In this document: positions 61,695-64,000 of the stretch, in pieces
Numbering within the stretch: position 1 is the first letter of the stretch
Layout of the letters: every line of letters starts with the position of its first letter
Source: a bacterium
GTDB taxonomy: Bacteria > Hinthialibacterota > Hinthialibacteria > Hinthialibacterales > Hinthialibacteraceae
Assembly (NCBI GenBank): GCA_963662285.2
Contig: CAXXMV010000008.1
Location: forward strand, 1,184,001 to 1,248,000
Reading direction: 5' to 3'
Length of the DNA: 64,000 nucleotides
Notes under the pieces: generated by a model
The model's database searches: none
Told to the model about the DNA's origin: nothing
What the model saw: only the letters and a program-made list of their open reading frames with translations
Made by a program: the position numbers and the translations under genes

Positions 61695-63498
61695 TTAGGA
61701 AAAGCATTTCAGCAAGATTTTGGGGAAATTGGATTTGTTGATTAGTTTTTTTAATTTGCGTGGAATTCCTCCTGATTGCATCTTGTGATTTTTCATTTCT
61801 TCGCGAATTGTATTGCTATCAATTTCCGCAAAACGTTCTTCCAGGCTGCTTCTGCCATTCAAGATTATCTCCAGGTATTGTTGGTTTTCCAGATTTTTGA
61901 CCAGGGGCGTATCGGATAGCATAGTCTTTAACATCTTGCTCATCGAACTGGTTCCGGTTTTTTTACAGTGGTTGCGTTTCAAATCTCGAAAGAAGCGTTC
62001 CAGCAGATTGTTTGTCCTTTGCGGCTGAATGATGACTGTCCCATCCGCTGTATCGACAGGGATAGCATCGGCGAAAAGTTTATCCCAGTATTTATCGATC
62101 TGCGCCAGCATTTTTTGTAAGTCGGAATCCAATGTCAGTTTGTAAGTACTGCACAGCCTTTCGCAAAAATCATTAACCCTTTTTTCAATAGTACTGATGT
62201 CAGTATCTTCTCCATCATCATTGAGGCCTTGTTTCTTACCGGGGATAGTGATGCGCATGGCTCTGCGTAGCTCATCAAATACCTGGATTTTGCGCTGCAT
62301 GCTGGAGGCGGTATTCCGTAGAACAACGTCATCGGTTATCTTCTGCAAAGCTTCCGCCAATTGTTGATGCCAGGAATTTACCGGGAATAACGATGCCGGA
62401 ATTTTGCTGAATACGGAATGCATGGTTTTCAGCCTTTGATAAAAATCCAGCTGCGAGCGGTCAAATGGAAATCCCAAACCATCCCCTTGATGTCTGGCAT
62501 CTAACACCCAGATGATCAAGGCATATACCATTGGTAGTAATTCCGGTGGTTCATCATCCCGCCCTTCCATGCATGTGGCGAGTGCATGGAGCCAATTTTG
62601 ATCGCTATTCAAAATCGGCTTGAGTTCTTTCGCCGCTTTACGCAACAAACTTTGCGCGCCGTACTTTTTCAAATGCTTCCGCAAAATATCGTTTTCGATT
62701 CCATAAAGATCGTTTCCCAGATCGCGCAAAAAATGGAAATGGCAAATGAAAGCAGGAACCTGTGGGAACACGGTTTCGATGGCCAATGCCATCCCTTTTC
62801 CCATATCACTGACCACTGCTTGAGGACGACCGTAACGCGCTTTGATCCGTGAAAGGAAAGGAATTATTTGCGCCGAATTTTCCGATGGCAGTTTGATATT
62901 ATCCAGAACAATTTGGCTGAGGCCATCCAAAACGCTTATCAGATGAGGGCTGTCACCTTCACAGGTCCCATCCAAATGGAGAATATACCCTCCTCGCAAA
63001 GCCATATTCTCTTGTATCTCGCAACTGTTTTCCCGATGGATCACAGCCAGATAAATGATGAACTTTTTCGCCAGATACTCGATTTCGCTTTTAGAAATAC
63101 TGATATTTTTCTGGATCAATTCTTGTTGAATCTCTTCTTCACTACGGCAACCAAGGAACCAGGTCATCCCTACATGGATCAAAACATCATACCCGAACTT
63201 GCATCGGGGCGGCGCCAGGGCTTGCAACTCCTCAGAAGCATAGATCGTTTTAGCGCCGCAAACATCGCAATGCAAAATGATTTCCTTCGCACGCCATTCA
63301 CCCATATCCAAAGTGACCAGAGTCCTGCGCTGAGTTTTCAGAACCTTCAAGCGCTCGCCGCAAGAACAGCTGCGCTGATATGAACAAAAGACAATTGTTG
63401 GAGAAGACGGAAAAAGCGTTGTTGACGAAATCTGATCCAGCAATTGATGACGATATTTTTTCAGACATCGGATGAGCTCGTAGCCGCAGTTTTTTTTT
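61695..63498 (-). CDS. DDE transposase (OrfB), probably expressed as a -1 fusion with OrfA
   Basis: Zn-finger CSC...CDVC, LHLDGT, VVSDMG, ICHFHFLRD, RTNNLLERFFR. Confidence 0.85.
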
Positions 63499-64000
63499 GC
63501 AGACCATGATGTTCGAAAAAAAGATGAATCGATTCGCACGAGATGGAAATCCCCTTTTGTAGAAGCCTCTTGCGCAGATCCGCCGCACTGAGATGGGGAT
63601 GATTGATTTTTTCAACCAGCAACTGAACCGCTTCTGCATCGGTGGGGAATACAGTGGATTGTTTTTCGCCCCAACTTTCTCTGTGATCTTTTTGGGCGTT
63701 CAATATTTTTTTCTCCGCAGAAAAATAGAACAATCGCCCTTGGAAAGTTTCCCGATGTAAGCCGGACGCCTCACGAAAATGCGACAGAAATGAATGCGGT
63801 GAAAGACCCACCAGATGACCAATCTCTTGAGCGGAAAGTCCCATGTGTGAATGCTGGACAAGATGGATCACGGTCTCTTTAAGGTTTCCGAATTTTGAGA
63901 ATCGGATGGATTCGTAGCGCCATAATCCATTGGCGTCAAACTGAGCCACGTCAGGCAAAACATAATATTGCCCGTTGTGGTTGTAACTGGTGTGGGTCTT
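63461..64000 (-). CDS. IS OrfA, 5'-partial, HTH-like
   Basis: Frame open to the window edge (KTHTSYNHNGQYYVLP...); ends HHGLQKKT over an A9 run. Confidence 0.75.
   Translation of the reverse strand, partial: KTHTSYNHNGQYYVLPDVAQFDANGLWRYESIRFSKFGNLKETVIHLVQHSHMGLSAQEIGHLVGLSPHSFLSHFREASGLHRETFQGRLFYFSAEKKILNAQKDHRESWGEKQSTVFPTDAEAVQLLVEKINHPHLSAADLRKRLLQKGISISCESIHLFFEHHGLQKKTAATSSSDV

Larger units (their letters stand above)
61541..64000 (-). mobile_element. Partial two-ORF insertion sequence; left boundary approximate
   Basis: DDE transposase plus upstream ORF running off the window edge; the partner end is not visible, so inverted repeats cannot be confirmed. Confidence 0.65.

Noticed and set aside
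726-63639. Numerous short antisense or alternative-frame ORFs in the track
   Set aside because: They shadow well-supported longer genes and lack SD sites or motifs

Overview
Bacterial accessory (genomic-island-like) region with no rRNA, tRNA or CRISPR array. Left to right: (1) 1-12.8 kb, a plus-strand mobile-element module: a small putative DNA-binding protein, a coiled-coil protein, a HerA/VirB4-like ATPase fused to a PD-(D/E)XK domain, a highly structured intergenic region, and two AAA+/HExxH-VWA gene sets, each ending in a putative DNA-binding protein (SAP-like and RAMA-like). (2) A YhaO/YhaN-like (Mre11/Rad50-type) pair bracketed by a diverged 130-bp direct repeat. (3) A complete type 1 BREX locus (brxA-brxB-brxC-pglX-[TA pair]-pglZ-brxL) with an appended TIR gene, debris of an hsdS/HNH locus, a frameshifted upstream HTH regulator and a sacsin-like remnant. 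(4) A sigma-54 enhancer-binding protein with a DHH-like N-terminal domain, lying between two -24/-12 promoters; one heads an operon with a HIRAN-ARPP-1 fusion, the other heads addB-addA. This is the best candidate for an undescribed system. (5) ardC-like, HAD and cupin genes and two secreted carbohydrate-active-type proteins. (6) A recD2 fragment, HU, a Gp88-like/DUF5131 pair, a tyrosine integrase and a partial two-ORF IS. All family assignments come from motif recognition by eye, not database searches.
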